Source of the DNA: Raja brachyura
Lineage: Eukaryota
Direction: 5' to 3'
DNA length: 64,000 bases
NCBI GenBank assembly: GCA_963514005.1
Contig: OY740811.1
Span: forward strand, 33,108,001 to 33,172,000
Shown: positions 63,345 to 64,000 of the stretch, in pieces
Layout: every line of letters begins with the position of its first letter
Position numbering within the stretch: position 1 is the first letter of the stretch
Notes under the pieces: generated by a model
The model's database searches: none
Told to the model about the DNA's origin: nothing
What the model saw: the letters and a program-made list of their open reading frames with translations, nothing else
Made by a program: the position numbers and the translations under genes

Positions 63345-63760
63345 CAGTAAGATCAACCAGGTATTAAACCTCAACAACAATTATTTTCTTATTTCTATCC
63401 ATTTGTCTATCATAAGTTTATGCAAGAGTATACGAGACACATATTGTATCAAGTGTACACTAGTTGTGCAACCATTAATATGATGCAGAACTACACTTTC
63501 AAACAATTAAATATTTGCCTGAACATAAGACGCAATAAACATTTAAAGGAATGACTGGTAACAGTAAAGTTTAGAGAATTTCAGACTAAATACAAAAGCT
63601 TTATGGATTGAGGAACAGTGACAGGATCACATTATACAGTCAATGGAGCCTCTAATTACAAAGGAACAGGAAAGTATTCATTTTATGAATGAAGTCAACT
63701 GCACACAATGCAGAAAAGTATTCACATCTACAACCTGCAATGGCACGATCAATCTTTTAC

Positions 63761-63918
63761 CTTCAAGGGATTGACAAATCTCCCTTCGATCTTCATTTTA
63801 CTGGTGGTCTCAAAGGAATCCGAAAAGTTAACAGCTGGAAAGGATGACCCAGGATCTGTCTCAACTGGGATTTTCTCGAGAACAAACTGGATTGTGGTGT
63901 CATTCAAGATATGAAAGG
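63761..63918 (-). CDS. VPS13D: VPS13D exon (~ex20) AFHILNDTTIQFVLEKIP...KIEGRFVNPLK
   Basis: ttctccAG|CC acceptor, AAG|GTAAAA donor, 158 nt; not in ORF track on this strand. Confidence 0.92.
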
Positions 63919-64000
63919 CTGGAGAAAATAATATTAAAATATATGATTATACAACTTCTGCCAAGTTTAGATTTAGAGATACAGTGTGGAAACAGGCCCT

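Larger units (their letters stand above)
1771..63918 (-). other. VPS13D: VPS13D gene body (partial: 34 internal coding exons, approx. human exons 20-53); gene extends beyond both window ends
   Basis: Spliced translation follows the vertebrate VPS13D sequence colinearly; every exon is bounded by AG and GT (one GC); phases are compatible and lengths sum to 6,140 nt. Confidence 0.97.

Noticed and set aside
63016-63483. 155-aa plus-strand ORF
   Set aside because: A chimera of degenerate CR1 tail, a Penelope-derived insertion and AT-rich intron; no domain or splice support.
1-64000. Intronic snoRNA or miRNA genes
   Set aside because: No box C/D, H/ACA or pre-miRNA structure could be supported by eye; an Infernal/Rfam scan would be needed to exclude them.

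Overview
AT-rich vertebrate genomic DNA, very probably a cartilaginous fish (skate or ray), inferred from HE1-type V-SINEs and elasmobranch-style CR1 tails. The whole window lies inside one minus-strand gene, VPS13D. I traced 34 consecutive coding exons from 63918 down to 1771 (6,140 nt, about 2,046 codons) and all splice phases are compatible. By comparison with my recollection of the human protein they correspond to exons ~20-53, covering the central rod, the UBA domain and the VAB/SHR-BD region. Splicing features include a GC-AG intron, a NAGNAG acceptor and the 75-nt cassette exon (human exon 40 equivalent), whose polypyrimidine tract is a (TC)n microsatellite. The introns are dense with mobile DNA: CR1 and Rex/Babar LINE 3' ends, HE1 SINEs, six PIF/Harbinger-type elements sharing one TIR, and a hAT-like element with a nested young CR1. 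The most interesting component is about 20 or more copies of a short Penelope-derived, often fold-back element. It carries a minimal hammerhead-ribozyme motif, is flanked by 9-19 bp target-site duplications, and sits alongside a decayed Penelope GIY-YIG remnant that may represent its parent type. I found no convincing novel protein-coding system; nearly all short ORFs in the track are exon fragments, antisense shadows or repeats.
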